A DNA stretch of 20,000 nt. It comes from Chiloscyllium plagiosum. Lineage: Eukaryota. Made by a program: the position numbers and the translations under genes. Each line of letters opens with the position of its first letter. The first letter of the stretch is position 1. Shown here one piece after another: positions 1 to 8,739 of this stretch. The DNA lies in assembly GCF_004010195.1 (NCBI RefSeq), contig NC_057749.1:25002241-25022240 (forward strand), read 5' to 3'. Under the pieces are notes generated by a model, which worked only from the letters and a program-made list of their open reading frames with translations, had not been told where the DNA came from and ran no database searches.

Positions 1-547
1 TAATTCCGACACTGACAGGTAGAGCTATTTGATCTTCCTCAAAAGGGATTTGATTGAAATTTCAAAAGGCATTTGTGAAGGTAAATTCCAACACCTTGCC
101 AAACATCTCAGATGTGTTAATTGCAAGACGTTTTCAAGATAAATATAAGCTTCACCTCACCACTTGGGTTGACTGTTCATGTGGCTAATGTGGGGCTGAG
201 ATGTTCGATTGCGACTCTATGTTGCAACAAGTTTCAAACAAGGCGGGAGATAATCCTCAGTCTATAAAGAAACTCCTCAAACTAGAATTCTTAAAAATAA
301 ACATTGGGGAGTCGGTCCTAGTGAGGATATCGCTCTGAAATACACTTTTGGCCCATAAATACATTACAGCTCGGAACTTGGCATCAGTGGAGAAGCAGTG
401 CCTTTCTGTCTGTCCCCACAGAAAGCTATCCCACAAAGATCGAGCAATCTCTGTGACTTGGATTGTCCCCTTTCTCAGTGGCGGGTTCAGCCTGGCCAAG
501 GGACGATATTAGAACGTGCCAGCAGCCAGTCAGGCAACCAAAGCAAA

Positions 548-1135
548 AAAAAAATACCGATGCTGGAAATCAGAGTCAAAACACAGAAATTGCTGGGAAA
601 CTCAACAGGTCTGGCAGCTACTATTGGAGAGAAAGCCCCTGGTTCCAGTGACCCTCCTTCAGAACAGACTGTAGCTCAGTGAAGATTGGTGTACATGCTG
701 AAGAAGGGGTGGGGGGAGGGGGGGGGGGTGGCAGGAGGTAAACTATAGGGGCAGATGGAGCCCAGAGGTAGAGAAAAACAATTGGGCAGACAAAGGGATG
801 GGTAAAAATCAGCCTGGGGGAATCCAATAGCTACTAATGGGGACCATTAGTGACTGATAATGGGATGGTTATGGTAGCAGCCCATAAGATGACAAGACCT
901 GGTATGTAGGGATTTGGGGTAAAGACTTGGGAGTCTCAAAGGGTTCCCAAGTGGAAAATGAGGTGCTGCACTTGGCTGGGGCATTGCAGCAAGCCCGAGA
1001 CTGGGGGGGTCAGCCAGGGAACATGGTGATGTGTTTACAATGCAGGCAAATGGAAGCTTGGGGTCGTTTTAGAACGTTGGTATTCCACAAAGCAGTCACC
1101 CAGTCTATGTCTGTCTCCCCACTGTACAGAAGGCA
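548..1135 (-). mobile_element. Decayed Penelope-like retroelement 3' part: GIY-YIG endonuclease remnant plus terminal repeat (pLTR) with degenerate hammerhead motif
   Basis: Minus strand 1132-1081 reads LLYSGET/(frameshift)RLGDCFVEY, resembling the PLE YIGET..RLGDRF.EH motif. Minus strand 996-941 reads GLLQCPSQVQHLIFHLGT, resembling PLE GLLQC...EQHLIFRLGT. Minus strand 662-641 is ctgaaggagggtcactggaacc (decayed HHR), followed by the ctgccagacctg..gagtttcccagca..ccagcatc tail shared with other copies in the window. Confidence 0.8.
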
Positions 1136-1408
1136 CCCAATAACATTGGAGTATTCACACACATTGAACTTGGAAATTTAAAGCACTTAATATCTTTCAC
1201 TGGTAATTGAAATTTTCTGACAATGAAGTTAACCATTATAATTGTGTAAGGAAGCGAACTGTTTCTTCTTTGTGGCAAGTTTGAAATTGCACAACTGAAA
1301 TTTGGCGTTTTCAGGATCAGTGAAGATTTTCAACAGTTGTTATAAGTTTAAGCCACCGCTAAAAGTCAAATTATACTCAACACATTCTAACATTTTCAAT
1401 GTCTTTTG

Positions 1409-2088
1409 ATTCATTCATGGGATCTGGGTGTTGTAGGCTGAGGCAGCATCTTATTGCCCATCCATTATTGCCCTTGAGGTGGAGGTGGTTTGAACCACTG
1501 CAGTCCATGGGTGGCACAGTGGCTCAGTGGTTAGCACTGTTACCTCACAATGCTAGGGTCCTGGGTTCGATTACACTGTGACTGTCTGTGTGGAGTTTGC
1601 ACATTCTCCTCGTGTCTGCGTGGGATTCCTCTGGGTGCTCTGGTTTCCTCCCACCATCCAAAGTTGTGCAAGTTAGGTGAATTGGCCATGCTAAATTGCC
1701 CCATGGTGTTCAGGGATGCGTAGGTTAGGTGTGTTAGCCATGGGAAATGCAAGGTTAGAGAGATGGGAGACGGGGATGCTCATCAGAGAGTCGGTGAGGA
1801 TTTATTGGGCTGTTTCCACACAGTAGGGATTCTATTCTATTTGTGTGTTATCGGTAGACCCACAGTGCCATTAGGAGGGAATTCCAGGATATTGACCCAG
1901 CACCACTAAAGAAACGGTGATATATTTCTCCATCAGGATGGTGATTGGTTTGGAAGAGAACTTGCAAAGGGTGGTGTTCCCATATATGCAGCCCTTGTCT
2001 GTCTACCTGGTACAGGTCACAGGTTTAGAAGGTGCTGTTAAATTAGCCTTGGTGAATTCCTGCAGTGCATTGTTAGCAGAGGCACACC
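1409..2088 (-). mobile_element. 3' end of CR1-group (L2/Crack-like) LINE, interrupted by an HE1 SINE
   Basis: Reverse complement matches the 3' end of the LINE at 6511-7535 (gggcaataa.atgctg tail, tggaattccctcc segment, tgaatgaat end). Sequence resumes after the SINE at about 1841. Confidence 0.7.
1510..1840 (+). mobile_element. HE1-type V-SINE (tRNA-derived)
   Basis: A-box tggctcagtgg, B-box ggttcgatt, V-domain ctgtgtggagtttgcacattctcc...ggtttcctcccac, HER1-like tail ending gattctattctat. Confidence 0.9.
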
Positions 2089-2226
2089 AGAAGGTGAGGT
2101 AATACTGCACCTACATTTCACCTTGTAAAAAGGATCTTCCTCTTAACCCACCCTACAGTGCTGTTTCCTTTGAGCATAAATTTTAAATTGGAGAGGGAAG
2201 GCGTGTCCATTTTGAAGCATTGGTTC

Positions 2227-2256
2227 TCCATCAGTTACAGTTCCATCAGTTACAGT
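2227..2256. repeat. Perfect 15-bp tandem duplication (tccatcagttacagt x2)
   Basis: Directly visible at 2227-2241 and 2242-2256. Confidence 0.9.
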
Positions 2257-2387
2257 CCCAGTTCTCTTACCAAAAGGCACAGCAGTGGCCAGAATGGCTA
2301 TTCCTGCTCCTAATTTGTATTCATAATTTCACAAGTACTCTTGAAAACCCTCACCAGCTCTGAAAAGCAAAGTGACATTTTTTAAAA

Positions 2388-2691
2388 TTAGATTCCCTAC
2401 AGTATGGAAACAGGCCCTTTGGCCCAACAAGTCCACAATGACCCTCCAAAGAGTAACCTACCCAGACCCATTTCCCTACCCTATATTTACCCTGACTGGG
2501 CAATTTAGCATGGCCAATTCACCTGACCTGCACATCTTTGGACTGTGGGAGGAAACCAGAGCTCCCACAGGAAACCCACGCGGACACAGGGAGAATGTGC
2601 AAACTCCACACAGACAGTCAACTGAGGCTGGAATAAAACCCAGGTCCCTGGTGTTATGCAGTAGCAGTGCTAACCACTGAACCACCATGCC
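2388..2691 (-). mobile_element. HE1-type V-SINE with TSD
   Basis: Reverse complement of 1510-1840-type sequence. Flanking direct repeat gtgacattt at 2372-2380 and 2692-2700. Confidence 0.92.
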
Positions 2692-2835
2692 GTGACATTT
2701 ATATAATCTCAAACTTCTTCCCAGGGAAAAAACAATTCCATTTCAGGATTTGGAGATGCCGGTGTTGGACTGGGGTGTACAAAGTTAAAAATCACACAAC
2801 ACCAGGTTATAGTCCAACAGGTTTAATTGGAAGCA

Positions 2836-2870
2836 CACTAGCTTTCGAAGCGATGCTCCTTCATCAGGTG
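2836..2870 (-). ncRNA. Minimal type I hammerhead ribozyme motif (minus-strand arm)
   Basis: Reverse complement is CAC-CUGAUGA-A-GGAGC auc GCUUC-GAAA-GCUA-GUG: intact core, stem II with one G-U pair, 3-bp stem I, palindromic AGCU in place of stem III. Confidence 0.65.
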
Positions 2871-2878
2871 ATTGTGAC

Positions 2879-2920
2879 AAACTACCTGATGAAGGAGCGT
2901 CGCTCCGAAAGCTAGTGTTT
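2879..2920 (+). ncRNA. Minimal type I hammerhead ribozyme motif (plus-strand arm)
   Basis: CUGAUGA 2886-2892, extra A, stem II GGAGC(2894-2898)/GCUCC(2902-2906), GAAA 2907-2910, then GCUA. Predicted cleavage after A2914. Stem I AAACuAC/GUGUUU. Confidence 0.7.
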
Positions 2921-2984
2921 CCAATTAAACCTGTTGGACTATAACCTGGTGTTGTGTGATTTTTAACTTTGTAATTCCATATCA

Positions 2985-3040
2985 CTGTGAGACATAGGCG
3001 CAGAATTAGACTATTTGGCCCATCGAGTCTGCTCACCCTA
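2985..3040 (-). mobile_element. Short CR1 3'-tail fragment
   Basis: gacataggcgcagaattagactatttggcccatcgagtctgctc resembles the reverse complement of the CR1 tail at 12100-12150. Confidence 0.55.
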
Positions 3041-3683
3041 TAGTTTAGCTTTTTTCCTTAATCGTTATTGTTTATTTCTGAAGATTTAAATCTGCTGAAA
3101 CTTTTTGGTCTTGAACTGGCACTGAGTCATGACCAATAGTAAGGATTGATATTTCATCAAACAGCAGAGGAAAAGAGACAGATAAGGTGATGTGCTCCTC
3201 ACACTAGGCAGGAGAGACACTTGACGCTCAATTCTGAGACCCAGACTTGCATGTAGAGAGGTTGTGGTTCAGGGATAGGACCGATTGGGTTCACCAGAGA
3301 AAAATGGATCCAGACAGCCATTCAAACTTCAGGCTGTATTAATGCCGGTAAAGCTCACTGGGAATTAATTGCCGTGGCTTAGGCTGTTGTCAGAGAAACT
3401 CAACTGGATTCATACCAAGTGCTTTGTTCAATGGCATAGTAATTATTCATCAAGCTTAGGAATGTGAATGACCAGCGATCTGAAAAATGTTGCTTACTTC
3501 TGGACATGAGAAAGATATTTTGCAACCTCATGGTCACAGGCTCATGAAATCACAGAAGACCATGATTACTCATTGGAAGCCGGATCCAAGTGAATGGAAA
3601 ATGTGGTGCAATAAACTGGACCAGATAAATCTGATGAACAAATAGCTCATGCTCTTTTAATGAGCCATTGAAAGTTTTTTTTT

Positions 3684-4010
3684 CTTATTCATTCACAGGA
3701 TGTGGGCATCACTGGCTGGGCCAGCAGTCATTGTCCATTCCTAATTATCCAGAAGGCAGTTAAGAGTCAACCGCGTTGTTATTGATAAAGGGGTCAGATG
3801 TAGGCCAGCCCATGGAGGGATGGCAGTTTCCTTCCCGAAAGGACATTAGGGAACCAGATGGATCTTCATAACAATCGGTGATGGTCACCATTGGGCTACC
3901 ACCTTATACTGGAGACTTAGTGAATTTAGATTTTGCCAGCTGCCATAGTGGGATTTGAATCCATGCCCCCGAACAATGGCCTGGGTTCTGGGTTACTAGT
4001 CCAGTGGCTA
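3684..4010 (-). mobile_element. tRNA-derived SINE (MetaSINE/SlmI-like central domain) sharing its 3' tail with the LINE at 6511-7535
   Basis: Minus strand has B-box ggattcaaatcccac, central ccatctggttccctaatgtcctttcgggaaggaaactgcc..ggttgactcttaactgcc, and tail tgctggcccagccagtgatgcccacatcc, nearly identical to 7489-7518. The family name is from recall. Confidence 0.7.
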
Positions 4011-4149
4011 ATTGAACTCGTGCCCTAACACTAGCAGAATTCCTCAAGTGTGTTGACAAAGTTCCTGGTGGGGTGCTCTCGTTTCGACTCCTCTACTCTG
4101 GCTGCCATTAGGTCAGCTTTTCTTGTGGCCTCCGACCCCTGACAACAAC

Positions 4150-4260
4150 ATACATAGAAACATACAATCCCTACCATCGGCCCAACAAGTCCACACCGAC
4201 TGCCCAAAGAGCATCCCACCCAGGCTCACCTCAGGGAGGAAACCGGAGCACCCGGAGGAC
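4150..4260 (-). mobile_element. Internally deleted HE1 SINE fragment
   Basis: tcggcccaacaagtccacaccgac..agagcatcccacccag and gggaggaaaccggagcacccggagg match the other HE1 copies. Confidence 0.75.
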
Positions 4261-4702
4261 CTTGGAACTCCTGGTCTCTGCACAGACGTGACGAGGCATT
4301 CTCTCGGCTTTGCGAAGCGGCCTGGCATGGAGACCTCTCAGATCGACATGGCGATCTCTCGGCCTGGTATGGCTTCAGCATGGATGCCCGGTCTCAAGGT
4401 GATTTCCCGGCCTCATGAACCCCCAGGTGAAGCCCAGTGCAGTCTAAAGTCAAGGCCCAGCACAGACAGGAGGTTAGATACCTGCATGGACTGGGTTGGA
4501 ACACCATGTACTGAACTTTCTTCTCTCCATGATATAAATTATTCCTAACATCTGCAATGCTAGACTTCTTATTTTTCTATTTTTCTAAGAACCAGACGTA
4601 GGAACCTTGTACCTAAGATGACGCCATAAAGGGTGACTTTAGCACTTTTCATGGTACTAATTTGAGTACATGTGACAATAAAGCTCATTCTTAATTCTCA
4701 TT
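4261..4702 (+). mobile_element. Putative non-autonomous retroelement with GC-rich internal repeats and a Rex1-like 3' tail
   Basis: Tail acttttcatggtactaatttgagtacatgtgacaataaag+(attc)-like repeats parallels the Rex1 tail at 11318-11372. Degenerate cggcctggYatgg/tctctcggc units lie at 4300-4420. Confidence 0.45.
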
Positions 4703-4704
4703 TT

Positions 4705-4808
4705 TAATTGATTTTGATTTTCACCATCTGCCACAATGTGACTATGAACTGAGATTACTAACCTAGAGTTCTGGATTGCTAGTCCAGTCTGATTACCACC
4801 ACCTCCCT
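4705..4808 (-). mobile_element. 5' head fragment of the SINE family at 3684-4010
   Basis: gattttcaccatctgccac...ttctggattgctagtccagt matches 3929-4005. Confidence 0.6.
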
Positions 4809-4950
4809 ACACGCTGAAGCAGTGATGTATCTCTTCAACAACAACAGCCTTTTCGAATAGTTTCTGAAATATGGGATTTCCCATCATTTAATGAATCTCA
4901 AATGCAGATGTTATTTGGTGGGGGACTGGTAGAGGATTTTGGTTTCCTGG

Positions 4951-5465
4951 TCATAGAGTCATAGAGATGTACAGCATGGAAACAGACCCTTCGGTGCAAT
5001 TCTTCCATGCCGACCAGATATCCCAACCCAATCTAGTCCAACCTGCCAGCACCAGCCCATATCCTTCGTAACCCTTCCTATTCATACCCATCCAAATGCC
5101 TCTTAAATGTTGCAATTGTACCAGCCTCCACCACATCTTCTGGCAGTTCATTCCATACACGTACCACCCTCTGCATGAAAAAGTTGCCCCTTAGGTCTCT
5201 CTTATATCTTTCCCCTCACCCTAAACCTATACCCTCTCGTTCTGGACTCCCCGACCCGAGGGAAAAGACTTTGTCTATTTATCCTATTCATGCCCCTCAT
5301 AATTTTGTAAACCTCTACAAGGTCACCTCTCAGCCTCCGACGCTCCAGGCAAAACAGCCCCAGGCTGTTCAGCCTCTCCCTGTAGCTCAGGTCCTCCAAC
5401 ACTGGCAACATCCTTGTAAATCTTTTCTGAACCCTTTCACGTTTCACAACTTCTTTCCGATAGGG
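4951..5465 (-). mobile_element. HER1-type CR1 LINE 3' end (ORF2 C-terminus and 3' UTR)
   Basis: Minus ORF 5202-5447 [43 protein letters not shown] is the CR1 ORF2 C-terminus. Tail ends ctctatgactctatga. Confidence 0.93.
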
Positions 5466-5570
5466 TGATCAGGGGAAATCTTTTACCGTCATAAACTTTG
5501 GTAAAAAGATCAACGATCAATTGTAATCCTCTTTCAGACTGAACACTGACTTGTGCATTATAAGTACCCT

Positions 5571-5689
5571 GTCATCTACACTTAAAACGTTAGCTTGCTC
5601 TCGCTCTATAGATGCTGTCTTACCCATTGTGATCTCCAGCATTTGTTGTTTTCAGTAGATTCCAGCATCTACAGCAACTTGCTCCTATC
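5571..5689 (+). mobile_element. Penelope pLTR fragment (3' half of a decayed HHR plus tail)
   Basis: aaacgtt..tctatagatgctg..ctccagcatttg..ttccagcatctacag has the same layout as other copies. Flanked by agtaccctgt (5563-5572) and agtatcctgt (5690-5699). Confidence 0.65.
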
Positions 5690-6129
5690 AGTATCCTGTA
5701 ATCCTATTATACATGTGGTTGATGTCTTGGTTTTGGCTTTCAACTAATGGAAAAGACTAATATTTTATGTACTAAGCTGTACAATGCTAAATAGTTATAC
5801 TTCCTGACCACACTTAATGATCCCTAAGGCATTACTTTCTCTCCAGTTTTAGGTGAATTACTGTCTCATTATAGTTAAATAATAACCATGAATTCCAAGC
5901 TACTCAGTCTGGATGTTCTTCAGCAGGGTAATGTGAATTTGGATGCCTTGATGACCAAGGAATAGTTGGTTTCAGTCCAGCAGAAGCTGGATCTTCTGAA
6001 ACGAAACTCATTTCAAAGTCAAAAGAGTTCAGAAGGCGTATGACCGCAGGAGCAGAGTTGGTACAAAGTGCCATCAAATTAAAGTCCTGACAGGAAAGGC
6101 AACAAGTGAGGAAATGGGAGAATGTTACA

Positions 6130-6268
6130 CTTCAGGAACCTGAAGAAGGGCTTTTGCCCGGAACGTTGATTTTCCTGCTCCTCGGATGCTGCTTGACCTG
6201 CTGAGCTTTTCCAGCACCACTCTAATCTTGACTCTGACCTCCAGCATCTGCAGTCCTCACTTTCGCCA
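6130..6268 (+). mobile_element. Penelope pLTR mini-insert with a point-mutated hammerhead motif
   Basis: CUGAAGA-A-GGGC uuuu GCCC-GGAA-CGUU (6140-6167); GGAA replaces GAAA. Downstream sequence is near-identical to 18807-18858. The 5' end carries a micro-inversion, cttcagg-aa-cctgaag (6130-6145). Confidence 0.8.
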
Positions 6269-6271
6269 TAA

Positions 6272-6510
6272 GGTGTTAGCTCAGTGTCAGCATTCTGCAT
6301 CCGAGTGACAAAGCTGGGGACTGAAGCTATACTGTAAGGCACTGGGTACATGATCCAGGCTGAAACTTAAGTGTAGTCAGTGGGAGTGCTGCAGTGCCAG
6401 AGATTCCTCCTTTCAGGTCAGACCCAGACATTCTCAGGCAGTCATAGAAATCCTCATTAAATGATCCAGGGAACAGCAGGGGGATTTTCTTAGAGATCTG
6501 GTCAATATTC
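6272..6510 (+). mobile_element. Deu-domain SINE (SacSINE1/AmnSINE1-like), 5' part
   Basis: tRNA-like head tagctcagtg, then atccaggctga..gggagtgctgca..ctttcag..ctcagg..gcagggg..ctggtcaatatt, resembling the Deu domain. Confidence 0.65.
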
Positions 6511-7535
6511 AACAGGAAGATGGTTGTGGGTGTTGGATGTCAGTCATCTCAGCTCCAGGACATCTCTGCAGGAGTTCCTGAGGGTAGTGTCCACAGCCCA
6601 ACCATCTTCAGCTGCTTCATCAATGACCTTCCCTCCATCCTAAGGTCAGAAGTGGGATGTTCGCCAATGGTTAGTCAATGTTCAGCACCATTCATGACTC
6701 CTCAGATTCTGAAGCAGTCCATGTCCAAATGCAACAAGACCTGGGCAATATCCAGGCTTGGGCTGACAAGTGTCAAGTAACATTCGTGCCACACAAATGC
6801 CAGGCTGTGACCATTACCAACAAGAGACAATCTAACCACCACCCCCTTGACATCCAACAGTGTTACCATCACTGAATCCTCTACTATCAACATCCTTGGG
6901 GTTACCATTGATCAGAAACTCATTTGGACTCACCACATAAATGCAGTGGCTACAAGAGCAGGTCAGAAGCAAGGAATACTCCAGTGACTAATTCATCTCC
7001 TGACTCCCCAAAGCACAGCTACAAGGCACAAGTCAGAATTGTGATGGAACACTCCCCTCTTGCCTGGGTGAGTGCAGCCCCAACAACACTCAAGAAGCTT
7101 GACACCACCCAGGACAAAGCAGCCCAATTGAATGGCACTACACTCCTTGAACCACCAATGCTCAGGAGCAGCAGTGCATACTTTCTACAAGATACAATGC
7201 AGAAATTCACCAAAGATCCTTCGACAGCGCCTTCCAAATCCATGACCACTTCCATCTAGAACGACAGGGATAAGGATGGCAGATATATGGGGACACCACC
7301 TTCAAGTTCCCCTCCAAGTCACTCACAATGCTGACTTGGAAACGCCATTCCGTCACTGTTGTTGGGTCAGAATCTTGGAATTCCCTCCCTAAGGGCATTG
7401 TGGGTCAACCCACAGCAGGTGGACTGCGACGGTTCAAGAAGGCAACTCATCCCCATGGTCCCATGGGCAATGAGGGACGGGCAATAAATGCTGGGCCCAG
7501 CCAGTGACACCCACATCCCACAAAATAAATAAATA
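6511..7535 (+). mobile_element. 5'-truncated CR1-group (L2/Crack-like) LINE, RT C-terminal region to 3' end, decayed
   Basis: GVPEGSVHSPTIFSCFINDLPS (RT PQG motif), DLGNIQAWADKCQVTF, YKAQVR.VMEHSPLAW, with frameshifts. A-rich end aaataaataaa. Confidence 0.85.
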
Positions 7536-7545
7536 TTTCAAACAA

Positions 7546-7730
7546 AATATTTATTCCCTCAGAACCATCTCCGAAAACTGTAGCTGGCCATGGTTCCATT
7601 GCAGTTTGTCAGACCTTACCGTCCACAAATTGACTACTGTACTCTCTACATTGCAACACTACGATGTAAAGCACTTTGGGACCTTCTACGGTGGTGAACG
7701 GCACTATATAAATGAAAGTCTTTCTTCCTC
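7546..7730 (+). mobile_element. Deu-domain SINE, 3' part (continuation of 6272-6510)
   Basis: aatatttattccctca...tgtaaagcactttgggac..ggcactatataaatgaaagtctttc is the L2-type tail. aatatt is duplicated at 6504-6509 and 7546-7551. Confidence 0.7.
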
Positions 7731-8102
7731 CGTCCTATATGTCACTCCAGTTTGTGAAGCATGGCTTTAATGATTTTCACTGAAGATTGGGGAGGGGGTG
7801 TGAAAGTTACTTTGTGTGAAAACGAATCGCTTTTCAGTGTTGGACTAAGTGTAAACACATATCAAATATGTACCAGAAGGCATCTGGTTCAGCACAGGAT
7901 TGTTCCTGAGCTGAGATTCTGTTGGCGCAAGGAGGCATGCCAGGAGAAGCACCAGGCATTTCTAAAAGTGAAGTGTCATTTGGCAGAGATTCAACCCCAA
8001 AACTATTTGTGTGCAAAACAACATCAGCAGCAAAAGTGACGAGACTAAGTGATTCCACCGGCAACAAACGAAATCTAAGCTCTGCAGTCATGCCACTTAA
8101 TT

Positions 8103-8736
8103 TGTTATGAACCAGACCAGAACCCCTCAAAATAGTTTCAGAAGGTAGCCTAGACCTGAATGTTTTATTAATTTAAAAGCAAACATGTTCCAGACACAAT
8201 GCAACAGGTCCAACTATTCCATGTTAAGCAAAACAGAGTTTATTGAAACACTGTAGTTAAAATGCAACCAAAGAAAGTAGTTATTAGAACATCTTAACTC
8301 TATTGGAAAACTTAACAGAATAATAGGGTAACTATTACTAATGAACTGTTCCAATATAGTAGTATCCCATAAACACAGCCCGTGGCAAAAAAGGCAAATT
8401 CAGACACAGGTCCTCACACGCAGTTCTCCAGTCCAGGAGGAATAACCATCAAGAGAAAATTCAGGGAACGTAGCAGCCAGGAGACATTCACTAAAGAGCC
8501 CAACTCTGCAGGGACCCCAACAGCTTCTGATGCTACTGTGAAAACCAAAGCCCAGTATTCCTGATCTGTGAGAGCTGGTCACTCTCATTCAGGCTGTTTA
8601 AAATAAAAACAACCCTGAAGCTTCGCAAGCTGTTTACTCAAGTGCTCTTCAGCAGCCAGCTCAGTACATCTTGTTCAATCCCTCTCTTAAAAGTGATCAG
8701 GACAAAATATCCTCTTACAGCTACAGCACCATCACA
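8103..8736 (-). mobile_element. LTR-like element (probable Gypsy-type LTR)
   Basis: TG...CA termini with an imperfect inverted repeat (tgttatg / catcaca, 6 of 7 matching). AATAAA on the minus strand near 8240. No TSD seen. Confidence 0.55.
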
Positions 8737-8739
8737 CCA

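Larger units (their letters stand above)
2742..2972. mobile_element. Fold-back (inverted pLTR) Penelope-derived mini-element with a hammerhead motif on each strand
   Basis: Inverted arms 2778-2869 and 2884-2973 differ by 2 substitutions and a 2-nt indel, with a 14-nt spacer. Candidate TSD aattccat at 2734-2741 and 2973-2980. Confidence 0.8.

Noticed and set aside
1..545. Exon in the unassigned leading sequence
   Set aside because: No recognisable peptide or convincing splice pair; left unannotated.
1510..1580. tRNA gene (also at 2620-2691, 14270-14343 and 15555-15615)
   Set aside because: A and B boxes are present but there is no complete cloverleaf; these are SINE heads.
2778..2973. Pre-miRNA, rho-independent terminator or DNA-transposon MITE
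   Set aside because: The hairpin is explained by inverted hammerhead-bearing repeats, and the arms are asymmetric (extra ~36 bp on the left) rather than true terminal inverted repeats.
2785..3036. ORFs on both strands sharing YKVKNHTTPGYSPTGLIG
   Set aside because: Artefact of the inverted repeat, not a duplicated gene.
4123..4548. Longest ORF (141 aa) as a protein-coding gene
   Set aside because: It begins at a GTG, runs through an antisense HE1 fragment and GC-rich repeats, and has no recognisable domain.
5202..5447. Functional reverse transcriptase CDS (also 6520-7259, 10958-11191, 17129-17946)
   Set aside because: Short, 5'-truncated, frameshifted LINE remnants.
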